Positions 1-8,588 of a stretch of DNA of 14,990 nt are shown here, one piece after another; positions within the stretch are counted from its first letter, which is position 1; each line of letters opens with the position of its first letter. The position numbers were made by a program, and so were the translations under genes. The stretch comes from Pseudothermotoga sp. (GTDB taxonomy: Bacteria > Thermotogota > Thermotogae > Thermotogales > DSM-5069). The notes under the pieces were generated by a model that worked only from the letters and a program-made list of their open reading frames with translations, was not told the origin of the DNA and made no database searches. The stretch spans positions 1-14,990 of the forward strand of contig JBEPZZ010000039.1 of the NCBI GenBank assembly GCA_041640575.1, read 5' to 3'.

Positions 1-1
1 A

Positions 2-841
2 AGGTTACAAGCTAATCCTACAAAATTAATCGGTTTCCAAGGAGAACATGGCGCCTACAGTGAAATGGCTGCACGTGTATTTGAAAAGAATATAGGTCAA
101 GCTTTGGTAACCATTCCATGCCGTTCCTTTGAAGATGTTATAGAACAAGTTCAGGCAAATGTATTGGATCTTGCAGTTATACCAATCCAAAATTCTCTTG
201 AGGGTCAAATACAGTCTGCGATAAACGCATTTCTCGAAAGCAATCTTTTTGTTGTTGGTGAAGTAGTGATTCAAATAGATCACTGCTTGATGGCACTATC
301 TGAGGTCAACTTGAAGGACATAAGGTATGTTTACTCTCATCCACAAGCTTTAGCCCAATGCAGAAAATTCTTGAAACGTCTATCTTTGGAACCTATAGAA
401 TTTTACGATACTGCTGGAGCTGCGAAATACATATCCAATGAAAAAGTAACTAACGCAGCAGCTATAGCAAGCTCCCTTGCGGCTAAGATATACGGTTTAG
501 AGATAATAAAGGAATCCATTCAAGATTATCCATATAATTTCACCACTTTTTGGATCTTGTCAAGAACTAAGAACGAGACAGGAAGCAAAGCATCTGTGAT
601 TTTTCTTCTTGAAGATAAGCCTGGTACTTTACTTAAGGTTTTACAATTCTTCAAATCACACGATGTTAATCTAACACGTATTGTATCGGTACCAGCGAGA
701 AATCAACCGAACGTCTACAGATTTTTCGTTGATTTTGAAGCAGAAAAAGTTATGGATTACATTGAATCGTTTATTCAAGAACTTGAAAGTATCGTCCAAG
801 ATCTCAGGTTTTTGGGGTTGTATGACAAATTCACAGGTTAG
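2..841 (+). CDS. pheA: Prephenate dehydratase with C-terminal ACT domain, 5'-partial (probably fused to an upstream domain such as chorismate mutase)
   Basis: The frame is open from base 2 (RLQANPTKLIGFQGEHGAYSEMAA...), so the ORF-track Met at 65 is internal. PDT motifs: GFQGEHGAYSE, VIPIQNSLEG, VYSHPQALAQCRKFL, DTAGAA, AAIAS. ACT domain: DKPGTL...NLTRI...YRFFVD. Confidence 0.9.
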   Translation, partial: RLQANPTKLIGFQGEHGAYSEMAARVFEKNIGQALVTIPCRSFEDVIEQVQANVLDLAVIPIQNSLEGQIQSAINAFLESNLFVVGEVVIQIDHCLMALSEVNLKDIRYVYSHPQALAQCRKFLKRLSLEPIEFYDTAGAAKYISNEKVTNAAAIASSLAAKIYGLEIIKESIQDYPYNFTTFWILSRTKNETGSKASVIFLLEDKPGTLLKVLQFFKSHDVNLTRIVSVPARNQPNVYRFFVDFEAEKVMDYIESFIQELESIVQDLRFLGLYDKFTG

Positions 842-856
842 GAGGCCAGTGAACGT

Positions 857-1630
857 ATGCCAAAGAGACTGCTTGTACTTGGTCTAGGAAAAATGGGAAG
901 TTGGTTTAAACAAAAACTTGAAAAGTTTCTTGATTCAGAATCTGATAGTTGGACAGTACTTGGCTACGACATAAAAATGGGAATCACACTTTCTGATGTA
1001 GTGAATTTTGAGCCAGTTGACATAATCTTAAACTGTGTTAGTCTACAAGATACAATAAATGCTTTTAATGATGCTATTCGATTTGCAACAAGTGAAACGA
1101 TATTCTGTGACATTGCTTCACTAAAGTTTGGGTTGGAAGAATATTACAAAAAACATGGATTAAAATATGTGTCATTTCATCCAATGTTTGGACCAACTTT
1201 TGCGAAGATGGAGCAATTGCACGGTGAAAACGTGATATTCATGAAAGGTTCTGATCAAGAAGCTTTACACATCTTCGAGAGATTCTTTTCACAGTTTAGT
1301 CTCAATTTCCATTATATGACCTTTGCTGAACACGACTTGATGATGGCCTATTCGCTAACTGTTCCTTTTGTCTGTTCATTCATATTTGCAGGTTGTGTTG
1401 ACAAAACTGTTGTGCCAGGAACAACCTTTATGAAACATTTGAACATAGTACGTGGGTTGCTCAACGAGGATGAAACTTTAATTTCAGAAATCTTATTCAA
1501 TCCACATTCTGTCAGAGAACTGGAGAGAATGACTTCTAACCTTGAATACTTGAAACATATGATCATAGAAAGAGACAGCGAAGAGCTCAAGAAATTTCTT
1601 GAAAAACTAAAAAAGAGAATAGAAATTTGA
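857..1630 (+). CDS. tyrA: Prephenate/cyclohexadienyl dehydrogenase (TyrA family)
   Basis: Rossmann motif GLGKMG, DIASLK, catalytic-region SFHPMFGP and EHDxxMAY. AGGAGG at 840-845. Follows pheA in the same orientation. Confidence 0.9.
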   Translation: MPKRLLVLGLGKMGSWFKQKLEKFLDSESDSWTVLGYDIKMGITLSDVVNFEPVDIILNCVSLQDTINAFNDAIRFATSETIFCDIASLKFGLEEYYKKHGLKYVSFHPMFGPTFAKMEQLHGENVIFMKGSDQEALHIFERFFSQFSLNFHYMTFAEHDLMMAYSLTVPFVCSFIFAGCVDKTVVPGTTFMKHLNIVRGLLNEDETLISEILFNPHSVRELERMTSNLEYLKHMIIERDSEELKKFLEKLKKRIEI

Positions 1631-1925
1631 ACCAGATGGGTTATTTCTAGGATAATCACTTTTGACGAACAATAGATACAAACATCAATAATTTTTCAAG
1701 AATTCAACCTAAAAGACCATCTTACAGGTAATTTTTGGCAAAGCTTTTTTGCTGCAACTACGCATAACACTTTCGAGTGATCCATTATTTTGAATTTTGC
1801 CCTCAAAAAGGCTGACGGATAGATGGTTTTTTACTAACTCGAAGTTTCAGGTACTGTCAGCAATTTCTTATCAGAACCTAAAGCAACATGTGTCGCAAAA
1901 ACCATGGAATGACTGCAAGGCTAAA

Positions 1926-2957
1926 TTACTTTGTGATCGTCACCTTTTTAATGATCCTTGGGCTATCTGGATCGTGTCCTTTACAAACGCATAGGTGATA
2001 TGAGAATAACTGTATCAACACCGTCATATACAGAAGCCTAGTTAGGCCCTCAGAATTTACTTTAATACTTCTTTTCGAGTACTGATCCATTTCTGTAAGA
2101 TCATCAAAAGAATAAACATCCACTCTCTGTTCCTTCAATTTTGCAGCGGTTTCCAACAGATCCGACTTGGTTTCATCGTTTATGGCGAGCAAAAATACCG
2201 GTATCTCGGAACTAATCATGGCTATTGGACCGTGCATAAAATCAGATGTTGAGAAACCCTTGGCACGCACATAACTGGTTTCTTGTATCTTCAAGGCAAA
2301 TTCCAAAGCTATCGGATATGTTAGTCCACGACCGAGTACAAAACATTCATTCATATATCTGAATCTTTCCACAAAGGATTTTACTTCCTTATCTTTCTGT
2401 AAAGCGCTTTCAACAACCTGATCGATTTTCTCTAATCTTTTCATATCTTCTTTTGAATTACCAAGCAAGCTAGCAAGCATGCTAAGCAGTAGCAATTCTG
2501 CAGTAAAAGTCTTCGTTGCAGCTACAGCTCTTTCAATCCCAACATTCATATTGAGCGAAAAATCAGCACTTTTAGCTAGGCGAGATTCAGGATTGTTAGT
2601 TAAGGATACACAGAAAGCGCCATTTTTCTTTGCCATCTCAAAAAACATGCAAACATCTTCTGACATTCCTGATTGAGATACTGCGATTACGCATGATTTA
2701 TCCAGTTTTAAATTTCTGCCGTAAATTGACGAAACAGAAGGTGCAGCAAGTGATACCGGGATGCCAGCTAGAATTTCGATTGCGTATTTTGCAAAGGTTG
2801 CAGCATTATCTGATGAACCACGCGCAACAAAAACGATGAATTGTATTTCTCTTTCCTTTATCATTTTCACTATTTGCTCCAAAACCACTAAATTGGCTTC
2901 AAAACTTGTTTTCAATACCTTTGCTTGCTCGAAAATCTCGCGATACATATAATGCAT
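1926..2957 (-). CDS. Double-SIS-domain sugar-phosphate isomerase/deaminase (GlmS isomerase domain only; glucosamine-6-phosphate deaminase NagB-II-like)
   Basis: Motifs ARGSSDNAA, SQSG, AVAATKTF, GRG..YPIALEFALKIQE, FMHGP and the C-terminal DPDSPRIIKKVT. 343 aa with no N-terminal Cys glutaminase domain. AGGTGGTG lies 8 nt upstream of the ATG. Confidence 0.85.
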   Translation of the reverse strand: MHYMYREIFEQAKVLKTSFEANLVVLEQIVKMIKEREIQFIVFVARGSSDNAATFAKYAIEILAGIPVSLAAPSVSSIYGRNLKLDKSCVIAVSQSGMSEDVCMFFEMAKKNGAFCVSLTNNPESRLAKSADFSLNMNVGIERAVAATKTFTAELLLLSMLASLLGNSKEDMKRLEKIDQVVESALQKDKEVKSFVERFRYMNECFVLGRGLTYPIALEFALKIQETSYVRAKGFSTSDFMHGPIAMISSEIPVFLLAINDETKSDLLETAAKLKEQRVDVYSFDDLTEMDQYSKRSIKVNSEGLTRLLYMTVLIQLFSYHLCVCKGHDPDSPRIIKKVTITK

Positions 2958-3092
2958 TTCCCAATCACCACCTAAACGGTATTCTTCGTTATATTATGCC
3001 ATAACCAGCTCTTCTCTATACGAAACCAGATGATTTGAAACAATTTCTATGCAACCTTTGACTTAATGGTAATATCTGCTCAGCAATTTCAT

Positions 3093-4475
3093 TTATTCGA
3101 CAACCTTTGCGCTAAGGGTTACTTTTTCATCTACAACTCCTTTCCTCCAGTTCGAAAATTTGAAGAAAATATACGAAAGTACGAAGATAGCAAGATTACT
3201 TATTATCATTCCAACAAAAACTCCTCTAAAACCAAAACTGCTTGACAGTGCGGCAATGATCGGAATTCTTATCCCCCAAAGTCTCAGTATGTCCTGGATC
3301 ATTGTTAACACGCTTTTTCCCGCACCAACAAGTGCATTGTTGTAAATCATATAAGAGGTGAAAATAGGAATAGAAAAGGAGATATATCGAAAGTAAATTG
3401 TTCCCATGCTGATGACTTCTGGATCATTGATGAAAAATCGTGTTATCTGTGGTGCGGAGAAAAACACTATTGTGCAAAGAATGCCTATAACCGTGAGATT
3501 GATCAAGAAAGCCTTTAAGACTGTTTCTTCCGCGTCTTGATATCTCTTTGCACCGATGAACTGTCCAACCATAACTGATACAGCTCCACTTATTCCAAAG
3601 GAAAACATGTTCACAAGGTTTGTAACCCTGTTTCCTATGCCATAAGCACTTATAACTGTTGGCCCGAACTGAGCAACGTATTTCATTATCGTCGCGAAAC
3701 CAGCTGAAGTTAAGGATGATCCCAAAGCGTTTGGCAAACCAATGAATATTATTTTTCTTATCAACTGCCATTCAATTTTCATCAGATTTCTTCTGAACTT
3801 CAACAAATGATCTTTCTTTAAGACGTAATATGCTGAGTAAAGCGCAGCAAAGAATCTTCCTATGTTTGATGCCCATGCTGCTCCAGCTAGACCAAGCCTT
3901 GGGAAAAACCCTATGCCAAATATAAGAAGTGGGTCAAACACCAGATTAATTACGTTCATCAACGCTACAACTCTCATTGAAAATCCTGAATCTCCGACAG
4001 CTCTTGCAACAGCTGTTGTACTGTTAAAGACAAAAACAAAAGGAAGTCCTAACATGTCTATAACATAGTATTGAATCGCAAGTTTTATTAATCTTTCTTG
4101 CGAATTTCCAGCAATAGCACGAATTATAGGGTTAGCAAAGACGATACCAACAATCGTTGAAACAATCCCAATTGAAAGAGTTACTACGTAAAGTTGAAAA
4201 GCCGAAAGGGTTGTATTCTTATGATCTCTTCTGCCATAGAATTGAGAGATCAGAGATATACCAGCATTCGAGAAGCCCATTGCGAGTGACAGAAACACAA
4301 ATATAACTGGCCACACAATAGTAGAGGCCGAAAACTCAATTGGGCCTAACTTACCTAGAAAATACGAATCAACCATATTGTAAATTGTTTGGAAAGCACT
4401 TGAAATGACAAGTGGCCAAGCAAGAAGAAATAAGGATTTTTCGATTTTGGTATTTAGAACGTTGACTTTAGCCAT
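3093..4475 (-). CDS. MATE family efflux transporter
   Basis: About 12 hydrophobic segments. Motifs LAWPLVIS...YNMVDSYFLGKLG, ARAVGDS, NLVFDPLLIFG...LGLAGAAWA, VGQFIGAK. Start taken as ATG 4475; TTG 4490 and GTG 4487 are possible, and there is an in-frame stop at 4503-4505. Confidence 0.9.
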   Translation of the reverse strand: MAKVNVLNTKIEKSLFLLAWPLVISSAFQTIYNMVDSYFLGKLGPIEFSASTIVWPVIFVFLSLAMGFSNAGISLISQFYGRRDHKNTTLSAFQLYVVTLSIGIVSTIVGIVFANPIIRAIAGNSQERLIKLAIQYYVIDMLGLPFVFVFNSTTAVARAVGDSGFSMRVVALMNVINLVFDPLLIFGIGFFPRLGLAGAAWASNIGRFFAALYSAYYVLKKDHLLKFRRNLMKIEWQLIRKIIFIGLPNALGSSLTSAGFATIMKYVAQFGPTVISAYGIGNRVTNLVNMFSFGISGAVSVMVGQFIGAKRYQDAEETVLKAFLINLTVIGILCTIVFFSAPQITRFFINDPEVISMGTIYFRYISFSIPIFTSYMIYNNALVGAGKSVLTMIQDILRLWGIRIPIIAALSSSFGFRGVFVGMIISNLAIFVLSYIFFKFSNWRKGVVDEKVTLSAKVVE

Positions 4476-4654
4476 GAAAGCCAGCACCAAGACTTTTGTT
4501 TGCTATAGGTGCTTTGTTCACCTCCTTGTTGTTGATGGGCCGAAATTTAGTTAGCTTCACGAAGTGTCTAAAAACATATTATCACAGAATACGATAAAAT
4601 CAAGCTGGATCTCTAAATTTGTGGAACACTAATGCAGACTCCATTATTAAGCGA

Positions 4655-4672
4655 TTGTCAACATTCTGACAA
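4655..4672. promoter_or_regulatory. Palindromic candidate operator TTGTCA-N6-TGACAA
   Basis: Perfect 6-6-6 inverted repeat in the divergent MATE/fur intergenic region, 6 bp upstream of the fur -35. Confidence 0.4.
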
Positions 4673-4678
4673 AAATTC

Positions 4679-4707
4679 TTGACTAAATCACATCATTTTG
4701 GTAATAT
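4679..4707 (+). promoter_or_regulatory. sigma70-type promoter of the Fur-family gene
   Basis: TTGACT (4679-4684), 17-bp spacer, TAATAT (4702-4707) with an extended -10 TG at 4699-4700. Confidence 0.65.
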
Positions 4708-4738
4708 TTTGTTAAACTGATGGTCTGGAGGTTCGTTG

Positions 4739-5173
4739 ATGCAAGATCAAGATTTGCTGGTGAAACGATTAAAGGAAAAAGGATTCAGGATGACCAGGCA
4801 AAGGATGGCTGTCATCAAGGTAGTTCTTTCCAATCAAGCTGAGCATCTGAGCGTGGAAGAGATACACAAAATGGCTAAGGAAATAGAACCAAAACTTGGA
4901 TTCGCAACGGTTTATCGAGCGGTAATGTTACTTCAAGACTTGAATGTTCTTCAAAGAATAGATTGGGATATGGAAAGATCAAGGTATGAACTCGTCAGTG
5001 ATAAGACGCACTATCACCATCATTTGATCTGTACAAAGTGCGGAAAGGTTGAGGAAGTTAACGAGGATCTACTTGATGAGTTAGAAAAGAAAATAGAATC
5101 CCAAAACCACTTCAAGGTACGAAACCACGTTTTGATCTTCTATGGACTGTGTGAAAAATGCCAAAACGGCTGA
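4739..5173 (+). CDS. Fur-family metalloregulator (Fur/PerR/Zur)
   Basis: Motifs RMTRQR, HLSVEEI, ATVYR, HHHLICTKCG and the C-terminal GLCEKC. GGAGG at 4727-4731 is 7 nt before ATG 4739. Subfamily cannot be assigned by eye. Confidence 0.92.
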   Translation: MQDQDLLVKRLKEKGFRMTRQRMAVIKVVLSNQAEHLSVEEIHKMAKEIEPKLGFATVYRAVMLLQDLNVLQRIDWDMERSRYELVSDKTHYHHHLICTKCGKVEEVNEDLLDELEKKIESQNHFKVRNHVLIFYGLCEKCQNG

Positions 5174-5174
5174 T

Positions 5175-5205
5175 AAAAAAGCCGGAGCTTACACTCCGGC
5201 TTCTT
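5175..5205. terminator. Intrinsic terminator between convergent fur and hcp (likely bidirectional)
   Basis: Stem AAGCCGGAG (5179-5187) / CTCCGGCTT (5194-5202). The A6 run gives a U6 tail on the minus strand, and TTCTT follows on the plus strand. Confidence 0.85.
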
Positions 5206-5208
5206 ACA

Positions 5209-6840
5209 TTATATCCAGCTTTTGATATCTTGCTCGACGTTTGATATTGTCCCAATCTTAAACTTGTCAATCAAGACTTTTGCAACATTTGGAGACACGA
5301 AAGCAGGTAGTGTTGGACCAAGATGAATATTCTTTACACCAAGGTACAGCAATGCAAGTAAAACAGTCACAGCTTTTTGTTCATACCAGGCAATGTTATA
5401 TACGATAGGAAGCTCATTTATGTCTTCCAACTGGAACAATTCTTTGAGTTTCAGGGCAATCAAAGCCAAGGAATATGAATCGTTACATTGACCAGCATCC
5501 AAAACCCTTGGTATACCATCTATGTCACCAAGATCTAACTTAATGTATCTATACTTTGCGCAACCAGCCGTCAAGATAACCGTGTCCTTTGGTAGAGCCT
5601 TTGCAAATTCGGTGTAGTAATTTCTTGTAGGAAATCTACCATCACAACCTGCCATAACAACAAACTTTCTGATTTTGCCGGCTTTGATAGCTTCGGTAAT
5701 TTTGTCCGCAAGTGCCATGGTTTGAGTGTGTGCAAAACCGCCGATTATGAATCCTTCCTCTATCGGTGTTGGTGCGGGACACTTTTTCGCATGTTCAATA
5801 ATGCTTGAAAAATCTTTAGTTCCATCGCTTTTCTCAGGAATGTGTTTGACACCCGCAAAACCAACCATGTTTGTTGTGTACAACCTGTCTACATAACTGC
5901 CCTTTGGAGGAACCAAACAGTTGGTTGTCATCAAAATTGGTCCGTTGAACTTTTCAAATTCTTCAGCTTGCCTCCACCATGAATTGCCATAATTTCCAAC
6001 AAAATGTGGGTATTTCTTGAAAAATGGATAATAATGAGCTGGAAGCATTTCGCCATGTGTGTATACATCGATTCCAGCATCTTTAGACTGCTCCAAAAGC
6101 ATTTCTAGATCTCTTAAATCATGACCTGAAACAAGTATCCCTGGCCTATTTCTTACACCAATACTCACTTTTGTAATCTGAGGATCACCGTATCTTGCCG
6201 TATTTGCCCTATCCAGCAACTCCATTGTTCTAACGGCAAATTTTCCTGTCTCCATAACAATATCAAGTAACTCGTTAATGCTGGCATCTGACTTGTCAGT
6301 ACTAATCAGAGCTTTTTCGATGAATTTGAATATCTCTTCATCTTTAAAATTAAGAACGTATGCATGATAGGCATAAGCCGCCATTCCTTTGATACCATAA
6401 GTTATCAGTTCTTTGAGAGAACGTATATCCTCGTTAGACTCTGCTAGTATTCCTATTTCTTCAGATTTTTTCAGAAAATCATCCTTTGTTCTTCCTGACC
6501 AAGTTAAATTGTCCGGCAATTGGTCTTTTAGAATTTTCACTTTCGTCTTTAGATAGTCCCTTAATGCCAAACTTTCAACGATTCTTTCAACGAAATAATC
6601 AGGATCAAAATTCACATTTGTTACTGTTGAGAAGAGGTTTTCAAGGATAAATTTGTCAGTTTTTTCCTCGTTGACACCCTGATCTCTTGCTATTTTGTTT
6701 AGCCATGCAATGGCTTTTGTGACGTAGATCAAAACATCTTGAAGTTTTGCGGTTTCCTCGGTTTTCCCACATACCCCGGCTTTGAGTGTGCATCCCACAT
6801 TTTTAAGTGCTTCCTGACACTGATAACAAAACATCGACAT
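5209..6840 (-). CDS. hcp: Hybrid cluster (prismane) protein / hydroxylamine-NO reductase, 543 aa
   Basis: N-terminal MFCYQCQE...[10 protein letters not shown] cubane motif, plus [40 protein letters not shown] and WYEQKA. GGAGG at 6848-6852 is 7 nt before ATG 6840; the ORF-track start 6891 overlaps the upstream gene. Confidence 0.97.
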   Translation of the reverse strand: MSMFCYQCQEALKNVGCTLKAGVCGKTEETAKLQDVLIYVTKAIAWLNKIARDQGVNEEKTDKFILENLFSTVTNVNFDPDYFVERIVESLALRDYLKTKVKILKDQLPDNLTWSGRTKDDFLKKSEEIGILAESNEDIRSLKELITYGIKGMAAYAYHAYVLNFKDEEIFKFIEKALISTDKSDASINELLDIVMETGKFAVRTMELLDRANTARYGDPQITKVSIGVRNRPGILVSGHDLRDLEMLLEQSKDAGIDVYTHGEMLPAHYYPFFKKYPHFVGNYGNSWWRQAEEFEKFNGPILMTTNCLVPPKGSYVDRLYTTNMVGFAGVKHIPEKSDGTKDFSSIIEHAKKCPAPTPIEEGFIIGGFAHTQTMALADKITEAIKAGKIRKFVVMAGCDGRFPTRNYYTEFAKALPKDTVILTAGCAKYRYIKLDLGDIDGIPRVLDAGQCNDSYSLALIALKLKELFQLEDINELPIVYNIAWYEQKAVTVLLALLYLGVKNIHLGPTLPAFVSPNVAKVLIDKFKIGTISNVEQDIKSWI

Positions 6841-6865
6841 ACTAACACCTCCAGTTAGCTTTCGA

Positions 6866-7606
6866 TCAGTTTTCGACAATTCTTCCATCAACAGTAATGG
6901 TTATTTCAGAATATGGAATAATCATTCTGGCTTCGAGCATAGCTTGCTTGACCATCATAGCTAAGGCATTGCAGCAAGGAACTTCCATTTTCACAACTGT
7001 GATACTTTTCAAAGAGTTATTCTTGAGAATTGTCAGAAATTTCTCGTAATAAAGGTCGATTTCATCAAGTTTCGGGCAACCAATAATCACCTTTCTGTTT
7101 TTGATGAACTGTTGATGAAAATCTCCAAATGCATAAGCAACACAATCGGCCGCAACTAGGAGATGCGAATCTTGGAAAAATTTGGAATATGGATTTATCA
7201 ACTTGAACTGTACCGGCCAATTAGTTAATTGAGAATCGATATGAGATGACTCTTGAACGACGGCTTCATGGTGCTGTTTCACAGTCGGCCTTGAGATAGT
7301 TTGTGTAGCTGAACCGGGGCAACCACACTGCAAGAATTTTTGGTTTATACTTACATCACTTTCCAAGCTTGAAGATAAACCTTCATCATGCGTCTGGTTT
7401 TCTTGCTTCGTAAACTCGGTTTCTACAATTTCAATAGCTCCCGTTGGACAGACTGGTAGACAATCACCGAGTCCATCGCAATAATCTTCGTTGACAAGTT
7501 CTGCTTTACCATTCCGCATTTGTATAGCCCCTTCGTGGCATGCCTGCACACAAAGCCCACAACCATTGCACTTTTCCTTATCGATTTTCACTATTTTACG
7601 TTTCAT
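6866..7606 (-). CDS. 2x[4Fe-4S] ferredoxin-domain protein with a Cys-rich C-terminal domain (FrdX-like Hcp partner)
   Basis: Motifs [45 protein letters not shown] and MEVPCC. GAGGTG at 7613-7618 favours ATG 7606. The gene ends 25 bp before the hcp start. Confidence 0.85.
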   Translation of the reverse strand: MKRKIVKIDKEKCNGCGLCVQACHEGAIQMRNGKAELVNEDYCDGLGDCLPVCPTGAIEIVETEFTKQENQTHDEGLSSSLESDVSINQKFLQCGCPGSATQTISRPTVKQHHEAVVQESSHIDSQLTNWPVQFKLINPYSKFFQDSHLLVAADCVAYAFGDFHQQFIKNRKVIIGCPKLDEIDLYYEKFLTILKNNSLKSITVVKMEVPCCNALAMMVKQAMLEARMIIPYSEITITVDGRIVEN

Positions 7607-7652
7607 TTTACTCACCTCATAAGTAAGAATAAGTCAGATCTTCAAGAATTTC

Positions 7653-7668
7653 CGTAACAAATGTTACG
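7653..7668. promoter_or_regulatory. HcpR(2)-type binding site CGTAACA-AA-TGTTACG
   Basis: Perfect 7-2-7 palindrome between frdX-hcp and the divergent Crp/Fnr gene. It matches the GTAAC-N4-GTTAC consensus described for HcpR2 regulators and is centred at -41.5 relative to a minus-strand -10 TATTCT (7631-7626). Confidence 0.8.
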
Positions 7669-7687
7669 AAGTAGCAGTTTGTAAAAT

Positions 7688-7723
7688 TTGAATATATACT
7701 TATTATATTGAATATATACTTAT
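7688..7723 (+). repeat. Tandem direct repeat 2 x TTGAATATATACTTAT (20-bp period)
   Basis: Identical 16-mers at 7688-7703 and 7708-7723 in the hcpR promoter region. Confidence 0.9.
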
Positions 7724-7747
7724 ACTTGGTGAGGTTAGGTTGGAAGC

Positions 7748-8440
7748 ATGTTAAATCTGTCAAGGTTAGCTGAATCAAAATTATTCAAAGGTTTGACTGA
7801 AGAAGAATTATTTGATGAGTTACGAAGAATTTCTTTCCTTCAAAAGACTTTCCGAGAGGGTGAAACGATCATTCAAGAAGGTGAAGAGCTATTGTTCATT
7901 GGTTTAATAGTCGAAGGATCTGTCAATATTGTGCACATCTCCCCATCTGGAAAGCAATACAAAATCACCACCTTGAAGCAGGGAGATACAATAGGAGAAG
8001 CTATTGTATTTTCAGCTAACTCTCAAGCACCAGCCAGCGTCGTTGCTGAGGAGAAAACTTGCATTCTGTTCTTTGACAAAAATGCGATCATGAAACTCAT
8101 AAGAAGCAATGAGAGGATACTTAGGAATTATCTGAGAATTCTTTCCGATAGAATCTTGATGATGGCCAAACGGCTTAAAGAATCTACATTGATGACGCTT
8201 AGACAAAAGATTTGCAACTATATTTTAGAGGAATACAAAAGAAAAAGATCTCTGACAATCCAGTTATCGAGTACAAAAGAACAGCTTGCAGAGCTTTTTG
8301 CTGTTGAAAGACCATCGCTTTCAAGAGAACTTATCAAAATGCGTGATGAAGGAATAATTGACTTTGCAGGAAAAACGATAAGAATAATCGATCTTGAGAA
8401 AATAGAAGATATAGTTTATAGCAAAATGGCTTACCAATAA
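7748..8440 (+). CDS. hcpR: Crp/Fnr-family transcriptional regulator (HcpR-like)
   Basis: cNMP-binding-fold N-terminus (EGETIIQEGE...GDTIGE...PASVVA) and HTH TKEQLAELFAVERPSLSRELIKM. No Cys cluster of FNR type. Divergent from frdX-hcp with a palindrome between them. The symbol comes from context. Confidence 0.85.
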   Translation: MLNLSRLAESKLFKGLTEEELFDELRRISFLQKTFREGETIIQEGEELLFIGLIVEGSVNIVHISPSGKQYKITTLKQGDTIGEAIVFSANSQAPASVVAEEKTCILFFDKNAIMKLIRSNERILRNYLRILSDRILMMAKRLKESTLMTLRQKICNYILEEYKRKRSLTIQLSSTKEQLAELFAVERPSLSRELIKMRDEGIIDFAGKTIRIIDLEKIEDIVYSKMAYQ

Positions 8441-8588
8441 AAACAGGTGATTCTCCCTTAAAATAGATACGCTATAGCTTAATCAGCAAAATAAATAATT
8501 TCATGATAAGCTCTCAGCTTCTGTTCTCTTAGGTTAAAACGCACAATTTTGCTCGCTTCTATGATCAACTCAACTCTGTATTTCACTC

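Noticed and set aside
1797..1994. 65-aa plus-strand ORF
   Set aside because: TTG start without an RBS, runs antisense into the SIS gene, and has no motif.
7688..7723. CRISPR-like repeat
   Set aside because: Two 16-bp copies with a 4-bp spacer and no cas genes; not an array.
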